This document shows positions 27,076-36,800 of a DNA stretch of 47,924 bases, one piece after another. The position numbers were made by a program, and so were the translations under genes. This stretch comes from an uncultured Fibrobacterales bacterium (GTDB lineage: Bacteria > Fibrobacterota > Fibrobacteria > Fibrobacterales > CAWVXU01), in the NCBI GenBank assembly GCA_963934255.1, contig CAWVXU010000010.1, positions 1-47,924 of the forward strand. Direction: 5' to 3'. The notes under the pieces were generated by a model, which was given only the letters and a program-made list of their open reading frames with translations, was not told where the DNA came from and made no database searches. How positions within the stretch are numbered: position 1 is the first letter of the stretch; each line of letters opens with the position of its first letter.

Positions 27076-28089
27076 TTATTTATCAGAATTAGCTCCGCGA
27101 AAATGAACCCATTGTACTTTTGGGTCAACACTGTCTTTTTGATAATGAATAAAATAATAGCCGGCGATGTTAGGGCCTAATTTTTCACAAGCCTCAAAAT
27201 CATGACAATACATCACACCTTGTTCCAAATTGGGTCGACTCGCATAAAAGAATAAAATCATTCCGATGCCCTCGATTTGTACCCGCTCTATTTTTTCAAG
27301 CTTCATCCAAGCATACAAACCAGTATCTTTCCACTTTAAGAAACGATCAGGCTTAATGATAGAGTCATTAAACAGAAAGGCTGAGTATTGATTCTTAGCT
27401 AAAAGAGCTTGTACCATTTCAAGATAGGAATACCGTCTAGACTCTATATATTGATGCAAATCCGAGACTGCTCCATCACCTCGGCGCACTACTTGATATA
27501 AGGCGTGTCCTGGCAACTCACTATCACTAAACACCATTTGTGATGTCAACTTATCGGTGGGGTCAAAACTACTTTTAAACTGAAGCCAAGGCGTATAAGG
27601 TGTTTCTTGTATCAAATCTGTCCAAAGCCACTGATCTCCAATTTTTTCAAATAACCAATAGGCCGATAACTTACCATCAGAATTTCCAAGCTCAACTCGA
27701 TAAGCTTCTTTTCTTGAATCAGAATAATACAACTTCTTAGTAAAATCAATTCCAGAAACTTGGTTTCTTATGGCACCAATACTCATTTGACCTTTTAATA
27801 GCTCTAGACGGACGCCAATCTTGGAATGGAACTCAGGAAATACTGCTTTTTCGGTATATTGTTCAATGATCCAGGCTGCTGAATTTGTGTCGACGATTTT
27901 TGTCTTTTCTATTTCTTCAGAAGAGGCGGTCAGCACCTGAGCAGCTTTTTCATTGATAGCTTGAGTACTCAATAATTTCGTCGGTATTAAAGTACTTGAT
28001 GATTTCGATGAACAAGCACTTAAAATTATGAATATGATTGCTAGAACCACAATTGATTTTGTTTTTTTTAAGCTGATGTTACATTTCAT
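27076..28089 (-). CDS. Hypothetical lipoprotein
   Basis: Basic N-terminus, hydrophobic core, LSAC lipobox. Confidence 0.7.
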   Translation of the reverse strand: MKCNISLKKTKSIVVLAIIFIILSACSSKSSSTLIPTKLLSTQAINEKAAQVLTASSEEIEKTKIVDTNSAAWIIEQYTEKAVFPEFHSKIGVRLELLKGQMSIGAIRNQVSGIDFTKKLYYSDSRKEAYRVELGNSDGKLSAYWLFEKIGDQWLWTDLIQETPYTPWLQFKSSFDPTDKLTSQMVFSDSELPGHALYQVVRRGDGAVSDLHQYIESRRYSYLEMVQALLAKNQYSAFLFNDSIIKPDRFLKWKDTGLYAWMKLEKIERVQIEGIGMILFFYASRPNLEQGVMYCHDFEACEKLGPNIAGYYFIHYQKDSVDPKVQWVHFRGANSDK

Positions 28090-28191
28090 GATATATTACC
28101 TGGTTTGAAGTCTATAGTCTTGTCAAAACTTATCCTCAATATCTCACCATCTCAACAATCTTTTAGTTAAAGGAAATTACAGTGATTGAAT

Positions 28192-30102
28192 CTAAATCCT
28201 GAGCCCTTTTAACTTGGCCCAGACCACAAGTATCACTACAACAAAAGTTTGCATTCCACAATAGAATAAAAGCCAAAATGCAGCACCTTCGGTAAATCCA
28301 TACGAGTGTAACCCGACTCCCAAAAGATTAATACCAAACCAAGCAAGCATCACTACGATAATACCAAGCGCAGTTAAAGCAGCTGTTCCTATTCTGTGAA
28401 CCATTCCGGCCATCTTAGAATGATAGATGATAGCGCACCATAGAACAATTAAAAGAGCTCCATTTTCTTTGGGGTCCCAACCCCAAAAACGCCCCCAACT
28501 TTGATCAGCCCAAATTCCACCTAAAATCGTTCCTATGAATGAGAAAATCAGCCCAAAAGCTAATATCCCCATCATAGATTTGTATGAGTCTTCTCTCCTT
28601 CTTTTCACTAGCGGATCTTTAATATTAGAAGTCAAAGATTGGAACAAATAAAGGTGAGCCACAATGCCTGCGGCAACCACTCCTGCATAACCTAGAGTTA
28701 TTGTCACCACATGAGTTGAAAGCCAAAAATTTGAATCAAGAACAGCGACAAGAACCTTCATGGTATCACCTTCGGCAGCATACTTATTTGAAAGTAAAAG
28801 CATACAAAGTCCACCGAAAGCCGCCACTAAATTACCAATCTCAATATTTCTTAAATGACGAACAGCTAGGCCTAAGAGAACACAGGCCCAAGATGTAAAT
28901 AGAAAGGTCTCGTAAAGATTAGTCACTGGTGGGCGCATCTGAATATACATACGAGTCAAAAGACCTAAAGTCTGAAAAATCATTGTAGCCCAAAGAAGTG
29001 AACCACTCAAGGACCCTAAAGGTCCACGCCAAGCAATCAATGATATGAGAGAAAGTAAAAGTGCCAAACCAAAGATGATTTGGGAAATATAAAAGGGGTC
29101 CCATTTTAAGTAATTAAACTCGGCATTCAAGCCTTCTTGGCGATAGTGTTTTGAATTTCGGTTTTCAAGTGATTGAGAAAATTTCCCAATTTCCTCATCA
29201 AACAAGTCACGTTGACCATTCATCCAAAATTCTTTGGCCGTTTTAAGTGTAATAAAGTCTTCATGTACTTTCATTTGCCCCATCAGTTGAGACGATAAAA
29301 TAGTCCATGAAGAGAGCCAAAAATCTTGCTTATGTGAACTAAAATGATAAAGATAAAAAGGGCGCTCTTGATAATGATTAGACCAATTCATTAACTCTTT
29401 CGAAAGATTAAACGCAGCTTGATCGACTTCAGTAAATGTGCTATCAGATTTTGTTTGTAGAGAGATTAACCTTGGCCCAAGAAGTGCTGCTTTTTGGTAA
29501 ACATCAAAAAATGAAAACGGAGCATCTTCTTCTTTTAGTTGAAGTTCAGCCATCAACTCAGGTGCCGAAATATTAAAAGCAGGATCTTTTTCAAAAAACA
29601 TCAAAGATTCTTTGATCATTTTGTAGGTCGAATAATTTGCCCAAATTCTGACAAATTCACTCTCTTCTCGAGATCTACTTTTAGCTTCGATTTTACTTGC
29701 ATCTTCACCCAGTGTTTGCATTTTAAATTCAACGAGTTTTAATTGAGCATATGTATGAAATCGAGTTACTTTTCCATCAATACCTAGCTCAACTGCAACC
29801 GCTGGATCATTTATTTGGAAAATAGGATAATCATCACGGCTTTTTGAATCAAATAAAACGCCAGCCATCCATTCACGAGCAGTTACCTTTTGATTCTCAA
29901 ACTTAACGGTTGATTTACCACTAAATTGACGAAGCCAAGATTGGGACCATGCTTCAAAAGGCTTAACGCGGCCATCATGATGCACTGCAAGTTTGGCTAG
30001 ATTATTTAAGCCTCCTTTAATAGGTCTTGAAATGAGACCTGCGAGTATAAGAAGGCAAAGTACAATCCAAATCCATTTTTTATTTAATAGATGATTATTC
30101 AT
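28192..30102 (-). CDS. ccsA: Cytochrome c biogenesis protein CcsA/ResC with large periplasmic N-domain
   Basis: PPVTNLYE, LDSNFWLSTHV, GGIWADQSWGRFWGWDPKE (WWD domain), GLHSY. Confidence 0.95.
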   Translation of the reverse strand: MNNHLLNKKWIWIVLCLLILAGLISRPIKGGLNNLAKLAVHHDGRVKPFEAWSQSWLRQFSGKSTVKFENQKVTAREWMAGVLFDSKSRDDYPIFQINDPAVAVELGIDGKVTRFHTYAQLKLVEFKMQTLGEDASKIEAKSRSREESEFVRIWANYSTYKMIKESLMFFEKDPAFNISAPELMAELQLKEEDAPFSFFDVYQKAALLGPRLISLQTKSDSTFTEVDQAAFNLSKELMNWSNHYQERPFYLYHFSSHKQDFWLSSWTILSSQLMGQMKVHEDFITLKTAKEFWMNGQRDLFDEEIGKFSQSLENRNSKHYRQEGLNAEFNYLKWDPFYISQIIFGLALLLSLISLIAWRGPLGSLSGSLLWATMIFQTLGLLTRMYIQMRPPVTNLYETFLFTSWACVLLGLAVRHLRNIEIGNLVAAFGGLCMLLLSNKYAAEGDTMKVLVAVLDSNFWLSTHVVTITLGYAGVVAAGIVAHLYLFQSLTSNIKDPLVKRRREDSYKSMMGILAFGLIFSFIGTILGGIWADQSWGRFWGWDPKENGALLIVLWCAIIYHSKMAGMVHRIGTAALTALGIIVVMLAWFGINLLGVGLHSYGFTEGAAFWLLFYCGMQTFVVVILVVWAKLKGLRI

Positions 30103-31295
30103 TTTGAATTTCCTCTTCTTCTTGCAGACAGACCTCGAATATGTCGAAATAAGGTCATTAAGAAGTGTAGCATCAAGCCAAAGCCTGTGACTAAACTAGA
30201 GATATAAGGGATTAAACGACCAGGGTTCTCTACAACAGCAAGGGTAGAGCTTTCACCGCCCATTTTATCTTGTCCGAATGATGCTTGGAAAAAAGTAAGG
30301 TCAGCTGTTCTAAAAGGATTATTCATATAAACTAAAGCTTCTTTATCACGAACGCCTTCTTGAGTCAATTTGATTTTAGATTCATAAGCTGAAGCAATCG
30401 TGGTGTTAGTATGCGTTGACTTAACAAAATCAAGTAACTCAACTCTAAATTGAAGAGGAAAACGTTTGCGTCTGAGTTGGAAAAACCATTCACCTTGTTC
30501 AAGTGGAATTTTTGTCCCTACAGGCTCTAAACCATAAAGCATTAGTCTTGTCACTTCTTTAGAATCTACTTCAACTCCAAATGCAATGCCTGGCGTATTC
30601 AGTACAGGATCAGAATTAGGCTCTTGAGCTTGGAGATAAGCTACTCCAGCTTGATTCACATAGCCTTCATCCTTGACACCTTCTTGCATAGCGTAGGCTA
30701 AAGCATTTTGATGGACGAAGTGCATCTTAATGTGAATGCCTTGTTCAGGCCATGCCACACTTTTACCAACACTCAAGTCTTTGAGGTCTCTTGCGTAGAC
30801 ATTGAGTGAACTATCTTCATTAACCTGGTAAACAGAAAGTTCCCAGTCATGATAAGCTACTGCAAAATTAGCACTTTCACCTTCTTTGAGACTGAGTTGA
30901 GATTCTTCGGCCCAGTAATAAGTGATTCCACCACCAATAAGTAAAATCAAGATTCCCGAGTGCATAATCAGGATACCTAATTTACGCAAACTCCAATCAA
31001 AACGAAATAGAGACACCATCATCAAATTAATAGTTAAAACCCAACAGACTAATTGAGCCCCAGGAAATGGAATCCAAAAAGATTCAAGACCAGGAGGACG
31101 GAATTTAAAGAACCAACTATAGAAATATAAAACTTGCGCCTCATATAGCCCGGCTTCAGTTTGATATAAGGTTCCAAAAAACGTCAAAAATGACAAAAAA
31201 ATCAATGACCAAGTAGTGAGCTTGAGAGAACACCAAAACTTCATTACCGGCTGACGTGCAATTTTAGTCCTAAGACTAAGTTCTTTTGAGCTCAA
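30099..31295 (-). CDS. resB: Cytochrome c biogenesis protein ResB/CcsB
   Basis: SLKLT...GTLYQ, conserved TM His (MHSG), YMNNPFR...FFQAS; ATGA overlap with ccsA. Confidence 0.88.
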   Translation of the reverse strand: MSSKELSLRTKIARQPVMKFWCSLKLTTWSLIFLSFLTFFGTLYQTEAGLYEAQVLYFYSWFFKFRPPGLESFWIPFPGAQLVCWVLTINLMMVSLFRFDWSLRKLGILIMHSGILILLIGGGITYYWAEESQLSLKEGESANFAVAYHDWELSVYQVNEDSSLNVYARDLKDLSVGKSVAWPEQGIHIKMHFVHQNALAYAMQEGVKDEGYVNQAGVAYLQAQEPNSDPVLNTPGIAFGVEVDSKEVTRLMLYGLEPVGTKIPLEQGEWFFQLRRKRFPLQFRVELLDFVKSTHTNTTIASAYESKIKLTQEGVRDKEALVYMNNPFRTADLTFFQASFGQDKMGGESSTLAVVENPGRLIPYISSLVTGFGLMLHFLMTLFRHIRGLSARRRGNSK

Positions 31296-31297
31296 AG

Positions 31298-31921
31298 TTA
31301 CTCCTTACCCCTTTTTGAGGGAGTGAGTGGTTTCATTGATTTAATTAGTTGAATCAAGCTTGATTCTTGTTTGTCTATCAAACTGGATTGACCCTGAATT
31401 TTGACAAATACAGTTTGATTACCGACAGGTAAAATTGCAGCCAAAATAGTTTCTTTGGCTGCTTTATCAAAACTTCGAAAATCAAAAAGCTCCGCTTTCC
31501 AATCACCACTAGTCTCTAGTACTTTTGCAGTTGATCTAAAAACAGATAAATCTTGTTGTGTAGGGTTTAATCCAAGTTGTTTAGCCCAACGCATGAGGTT
31601 TTGTTCAAGACCACCACCTAGTCCCCCCAAAAGAACGAAAGTACATTCCAGTGAATCACCTAAATCAAAAGTCCGAGCTCGCATGCCTTTGTTTTGAGTA
31701 GGGTCAAGTTCTTTCCAATTATTGGGAGTGAGATATTCAAAAGGTAATTGAACTAATTGACCAGATGAACTCCCCGGCTTCATAGCACCCATCAAAGAGC
31801 TAGCCTGAGGTGTTTTAGCAGCAATTTTTCTTTCAACGTAATGGGTTGGTTCTGAATCTTGACAACCTAATAAAACCACAAAAGAAATAAGACTCAATAC
31901 TGTTAAAAACTTGGATTTCAC
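31298..31921 (-). CDS. Hypothetical lipoprotein co-transcribed with resB-ccsA
   Basis: GTG start at 31921 gives signal peptide with LLGC lipobox; GG...N..RW..QLG and FVK..G motifs. Confidence 0.65.
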   Translation of the reverse strand: MKSKFLTVLSLISFVVLLGCQDSEPTHYVERKIAAKTPQASSLMGAMKPGSSSGQLVQLPFEYLTPNNWKELDPTQNKGMRARTFDLGDSLECTFVLLGGLGGGLEQNLMRWAKQLGLNPTQQDLSVFRSTAKVLETSGDWKAELFDFRSFDKAAKETILAAILPVGNQTVFVKIQGQSSLIDKQESSLIQLIKSMKPLTPSKRGKE

Positions 31922-32041
31922 TCTATGGGCACGATGTAAGATATTTACTCGATGCAAACAAAAACCGCCCTCAAGAGCAACCTGACATGGAGCCGGAATA
32001 ACTTGAGGAACCTTGATATGAGTCTTTTCATGCATGATCAA

Positions 32042-32983
32042 TTATTCTGATTCCGTAATGAGCATTTCAGCTTCCATAGCAGCCATACAGCCAGAACCCG
32101 CTGATGTGATTGCTTGACGATAACGGTGATCTTGAACATCACCACAAGCAAACACGCCTTCAACAGAAGTCATTGGCGTACCTGGCTCAGTATCAATATA
32201 ACCTTGTTCATCAAGAGCCACTTGCCCTTTTAAAAATGCAGTATTTGGATTGTGTCCGATAGCATAGAACATACCACCACAGCTAAGTTCTGATTTTTCA
32301 CCGGATTTAATGTTTTCGATAATCACTGAAGTAAGGACTTGCTCACCTTGAGCTTTAATCACTTGAGAATCCCAAAGAACTTCAATTTTATCATGTTTTA
32401 AAACACGTTCTTGCATTGCTTTTGAAGCTCTGAACTCATCACGTCTATGCACCACAAAGACTTTAGAACCAAATTTGGTCAAGTACATAGCCTCTTCCAT
32501 AGCAGTATCACCACCGCCGACGACGACTAATACTTTGTTTCTAAAAGTAGGAAGACCACCATCACAAACTGCACAAGCAGACATACCGCGCTGCCAAAAT
32601 TGTTCTTCACCTTCAATATTGAGGCGTTTGGCAATAGCACCTGTCGCGATGATTAAAGTCTCAGCTTCAACTTCTCTACCACTTTCAGAAGTAATCTTAA
32701 AAGGACGTTTCGAAAGATCGACTTGAGTGATTGTTTCAGTCTCAATAGTCGTTCCAGAATGAATACTTTGCTCACGCATTTGATCCATTAATTCTGGTCC
32801 AGATATACCCGTTGGGAACCCTGGGTAATTTTCAACTTCAGTAGTGGTAGTTAATTGACCACCAGCTGCAACACCACCAGCCATGAAACCTTCAAACATG
32901 AGAGGTTTAAGTAGAGCGCGACCAGCATAGATAGCTGCAGTGTGCCCCGCAGGTCCAGATCCAATAATGACAACTTTTTCCAT
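32042..32983 (-). CDS. trxB: Thioredoxin reductase
   Basis: IIGSGPAG, GGQLTTTTEVENYPGF, CAVCDG, GGGDTAMEEA, YRQAITSAGSG. Confidence 0.98.
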   Translation of the reverse strand: MEKVVIIGSGPAGHTAAIYAGRALLKPLMFEGFMAGGVAAGGQLTTTTEVENYPGFPTGISGPELMDQMREQSIHSGTTIETETITQVDLSKRPFKITSESGREVEAETLIIATGAIAKRLNIEGEEQFWQRGMSACAVCDGGLPTFRNKVLVVVGGGDTAMEEAMYLTKFGSKVFVVHRRDEFRASKAMQERVLKHDKIEVLWDSQVIKAQGEQVLTSVIIENIKSGEKSELSCGGMFYAIGHNPNTAFLKGQVALDEQGYIDTEPGTPMTSVEGVFACGDVQDHRYRQAITSAGSGCMAAMEAEMLITESE

Positions 32984-33068
32984 GACGTTCCCCTTTAATA
33001 AGTTTTTGTTTAAAATTCTTTATTTAGACCTTAATTTAGAAATTTGACGCCTCAAAAGTTACTCTTTT

Positions 33069-33791
33069 CTAGAGATTTTCCTGAATGAATTGAATCAACC
33101 TAGGTTCGGGGTTTTGATAGGGAAAATGATGAGAAGGCCCAAACTTTGTTTTATAAGCCAAACTCATGGCTTTATCATTCCAAAGCCCCATGTATACGGC
33201 TTGACGGTTATCTGATTTGGCCCACTCAACTTCAATAAGAATGGAGTAGGTACCGAGACTTCGGTGGGATTCACTCGGGTCTGAGTAAAAATACACACTG
33301 CTTTGTGCCTCATGTCCCACATCCACAATTGATATTCCAATTAATTTCCCCTGAGAATCACGTATTTGAATTTCTTTTGTCCACTCGCTCCCACCCATAA
33401 AAGCATGCCGATAGGATGATTCAGTGTAGACCTCAAGTGGCCAACCCTTTTTAAGGGCGCGTTCTTTCTGAAATGAATTAATCAAATCGAGATGTTCTTT
33501 ATCAAATTCCAGAGGACTATATTCACAAGAGAGGTCAGCGTTTTTGTTAAAAACACGTTTTTGAGATTTGGATGGAACAAACTCATCAGCAATAATGACT
33601 AGCGCCTCACAACGTGCACAATCACGGCAATAAGGTCGAAAAAATAATCCACCAAAATGACGCCAACCTTGACTCAAAAGAACATCTAATTGATTTTTAT
33701 CGACAATATCTGAATGAAAGAAGAGGTTTCTGCTCAATTCTTTTTCCAAATAGGGACAAGGGTGATCTTTTTCCAAGTATAACGACGCCAT
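33069..33791 (-). CDS. bpt: Ate/Bpt-family aminoacyl-tRNA--protein transferase
   Basis: HPCPYL, GWRHFG..FRPYC..C..C, PSKSQKR, SSVYFY.DP, SLGTYSIL, Y.G.W, YK. Confidence 0.88.
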   Translation of the reverse strand: MASLYLEKDHPCPYLEKELSRNLFFHSDIVDKNQLDVLLSQGWRHFGGLFFRPYCRDCARCEALVIIADEFVPSKSQKRVFNKNADLSCEYSPLEFDKEHLDLINSFQKERALKKGWPLEVYTESSYRHAFMGGSEWTKEIQIRDSQGKLIGISIVDVGHEAQSSVYFYSDPSESHRSLGTYSILIEVEWAKSDNRQAVYMGLWNDKAMSLAYKTKFGPSHHFPYQNPEPRLIQFIQENL

Positions 33792-33832
33792 TTCCCCAAA
33801 TTAAATAAATTTAAGCGACTAGGAGGTTTACG

Positions 33833-34855
33833 TTGAAAGAAACTATTCAAATACAAGGCGTCACATTGCACCTTAGCCAAAAATTAGACGACAACAGTCA
33901 GTGGATTGGCCAAGCCGACCCTATGAGACAATTACAAGCATGTTGGTCCAAAATTTCAGACGAAGACCTGCCACTCAGCCCTCGAATAATTGGCCCTCCA
34001 GGCTTAGGTAAAACCACACTTGCTACAAGTGCCGCCCAAACCCTCGGTTCAGAAATTTATCTCATGCAATGTACTGCTGACACTCGGCCTGAAGACCTTT
34101 TGATTACACCCGTGCTTGATGCTGGTGGCAGAATTGCTTATCATGCTAGCCCACTATTGAGTGCTGTTATTCGTGGAGGAGTTGCTATTCTTGATGAAGG
34201 TAATCGCATGTCTGAGAAGTCATGGGCATCACTTGCTGGCCTGCTCGATCACAGACGTACAGTCGAGTCAGTCGTTGCTGGAATCAGCCTCAAGGCACAC
34301 CCTGAGTTTCGTTGTGTTATTACAATGAACGATGACTCATCAACTTTTGAAATCCCCGATTATATCATGTCTAGGATACAACCAGCAATTCAAATACCCT
34401 GGCCGACCCGGATAGAAGAACAACAGATTTTAAAGTATAATTTACCCCATGTGAGAGAAGATATTTTAAACCTCGTTATTAACTTTTTACAAAAAGCTCA
34501 CAATCTTGATTTACCTTATTCAATAAGAGATGGAATCAACTTGGCAAGGTATACATCTAAGCTAAACATTCACCTTGAAAATGAAGATCTAGAGGTTTTT
34601 AAGCAAGCATTAAAGCAAATTCTTGGAGAAGAATCTCTTGATTTAGAATCTTTAGCTAAACATCGTCAAGCTGTTCAAACCAAGCTCCCTTCAATGGATT
34701 TAAGTGATTTCTTTTTTGGCGAAGATGATGCAGAAACTCGAAATAAATTTGAATCTGAAGATGATCAAGACGATGATTATGATGAGGGCTATAATGAGTT
34801 TGATGGACCTGAATTACCCAAACCACCCATACCTCCTCAAGCTCCAAGGTTTTAA
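33833..34855 (+). CDS. MoxR-family AAA+ ATPase with acidic/Pro-rich tail
   Basis: GPPGLGKT Walker A, ILDEGNR Walker B, HPEFRCVITMN, SIRD; AGGAGG SD with TTG start. Confidence 0.9.
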   Translation: MKETIQIQGVTLHLSQKLDDNSQWIGQADPMRQLQACWSKISDEDLPLSPRIIGPPGLGKTTLATSAAQTLGSEIYLMQCTADTRPEDLLITPVLDAGGRIAYHASPLLSAVIRGGVAILDEGNRMSEKSWASLAGLLDHRRTVESVVAGISLKAHPEFRCVITMNDDSSTFEIPDYIMSRIQPAIQIPWPTRIEEQQILKYNLPHVREDILNLVINFLQKAHNLDLPYSIRDGINLARYTSKLNIHLENEDLEVFKQALKQILGEESLDLESLAKHRQAVQTKLPSMDLSDFFFGEDDAETRNKFESEDDQDDDYDEGYNEFDGPELPKPPIPPQAPRF

Positions 34856-34869
34856 AAAAGTTTTATAAA

Positions 34870-36723
34870 ATGAATCACCAAAGTCTCCCACTTTATTCCA
34901 ATATTCGTGCCTTCCCGTCGGTTCGTGGCAATGCAGCATGGTCTAAAGCGTTAAGAGAAATATTACTCAAAGAAGATTTTGATTCATACGCTTTAGAGCT
35001 CCCTGAAGGTAGTCAAAGCCTCATACAAATGGGCGTTGAAAAGCTACCCGAACTCAGCTTAGTGTTATTTCAAGAACAAGACGAATTAGCATACATCCCC
35101 ATAGATCCTTGTGACTCGATTATTGAAGTGATAAGACAAGTAGCTTATGATAAAATTGAATTTATTCTACCAGAATTTATTCCACACTTTGAAGAGAGCC
35201 CTTGGCTACCAGACTCAAACGTAATTAAGAGTATTTCAACTCATGAATACCAGGCCCTGTGTACTCCTGTTTTTAGAAAAATAGATGATTATAGTATCAG
35301 TCCCGAGTTAGCCAAAGAGGCTTTATACCAATTTGACCGCCTGAGAGCTATTAGTCAAAAACACGACAATGTACTTTGGGTAGGATATCCACGAACATAT
35401 GATCTTTTACTCAGGTGTTTTGAAAATGTCAGTTTTATCCAAACACTTGAAAAATTAGCCAAACAAAATCAGACACCTCAGTACTCACCCAAATTAACTT
35501 GGCACTTGATCAACTCTGACCAGAGCTATTTTGCCCTAGGTGAACTTCCATTTTATTCAGGAATCATTGAGAAAAACCGACTTGATCCTTTTGCCGAAAT
35601 CCCTGATTTACCAGAACTCATCAAAGAGCTATGGATACAAACTCGTTGGCAATTTTTAGAAGGAGAATCCGAACATCGTAAGGTGCCTACCGCCAAAATT
35701 CAACGTGCCTTGCAATACCTCAGAAACCTCGCTTGGGTAGATGGCCAACTATCACCCGGACTCATGGATATCGTTGAGGCCGCCAAAGGTGTTTTCGGAG
35801 ATACTTTTGCAGCCAAAGTCCTTGAAGCGGCCAAATACTACCCTTTCTTTGACCCAATGAGTGAAGACTCTAAAATTGAACTCAGACCCAATGGTCTTAT
35901 ACATCCTATCTACAAAGAAGATAAAAAGGCCAGAAATATTTTTAGAGACACGACTCTTCAATGGCGTCAAATTGAACTCAGACCTGAACCCCCCAAAGAA
36001 AAAAAGAAAAACTGGCGTTATTCTTGGGACCCATCACAAATGTGCTCTCACCTTCCTGAGGACCACAAGATTGAACAATTCAATCAAGCAGTCAGAAGCG
36101 CAGCGATGAGAACTCTCAATGAAGAGCTCACCAAGTCTGAACCTTTCTCAAGCTCGATGAAAGATGGATTGGACATCAGAGCAACCTTAAGAAACTGGCA
36201 CTCAGGAGATATTTACGTCAAGGAAATCCCTCCCAAACAAGGCGAACTTGATACCGTAGTCATCCTTTTTGATCAACACAATGATGACAAATACCCTCAT
36301 CGGACCGTTTGGTTCGCAGAACACAATGAAGAATCAACACTCACCTTTTATTCTACAGACCCCTTTAAAGACATGATTGGCCCTGGTATCGCTCAAGCCA
36401 AATACGGAGGACTCAGTCTTTTATTCCCACCCAAATGGACACCGGACCCTTTTCAGGACCCAAACATCACGAGTCAATGCACAAATCTTGCAGAAGTCCT
36501 TGTGGTAAATGCATTAAGACATTCTGCCGAGAAAAACATCTGTGTTTTAAGCGCCAAACCACCTACTCTAGCAATGAAAAAATGGGCTCAAAAATTTGAA
36601 AAAAGAATTATCCACCTTCCCCTGAGTCGCTTCAGTTTAGAGACTCTTGAAAGACTTCAAAAATTCCATATTCTCAATGGTAAAGAAATCAGGTCCTATG
36701 CAAGGCGTTTTATTGGTGAATAA
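34870..36723 (+). CDS. Conserved hypothetical MoxR partner protein
   Basis: 617-aa ORF 14 nt after MoxR; ALELP, PIDPCD, DGLDIRATLRNW, AEH.EESTL, GPGI...YGG motifs. Confidence 0.75.
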   Translation: MNHQSLPLYSNIRAFPSVRGNAAWSKALREILLKEDFDSYALELPEGSQSLIQMGVEKLPELSLVLFQEQDELAYIPIDPCDSIIEVIRQVAYDKIEFILPEFIPHFEESPWLPDSNVIKSISTHEYQALCTPVFRKIDDYSISPELAKEALYQFDRLRAISQKHDNVLWVGYPRTYDLLLRCFENVSFIQTLEKLAKQNQTPQYSPKLTWHLINSDQSYFALGELPFYSGIIEKNRLDPFAEIPDLPELIKELWIQTRWQFLEGESEHRKVPTAKIQRALQYLRNLAWVDGQLSPGLMDIVEAAKGVFGDTFAAKVLEAAKYYPFFDPMSEDSKIELRPNGLIHPIYKEDKKARNIFRDTTLQWRQIELRPEPPKEKKKNWRYSWDPSQMCSHLPEDHKIEQFNQAVRSAAMRTLNEELTKSEPFSSSMKDGLDIRATLRNWHSGDIYVKEIPPKQGELDTVVILFDQHNDDKYPHRTVWFAEHNEESTLTFYSTDPFKDMIGPGIAQAKYGGLSLLFPPKWTPDPFQDPNITSQCTNLAEVLVVNALRHSAEKNICVLSAKPPTLAMKKWAQKFEKRIIHLPLSRFSLETLERLQKFHILNGKEIRSYARRFIGE

Positions 36724-36800
36724 GCCCGCTAGACCTTTAAATTTTCAGATTTTTTAGCATTTTTAGAGGAAAATTCCCCCTTTTTAAACCAAGGAATTCA

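Noticed and set aside
31922..32041. His/Cys-rich N-terminal extension of the 247-aa ORF
   Set aside because: Lipoprotein signal implies a GTG start at 31921; the extension is probably intergenic
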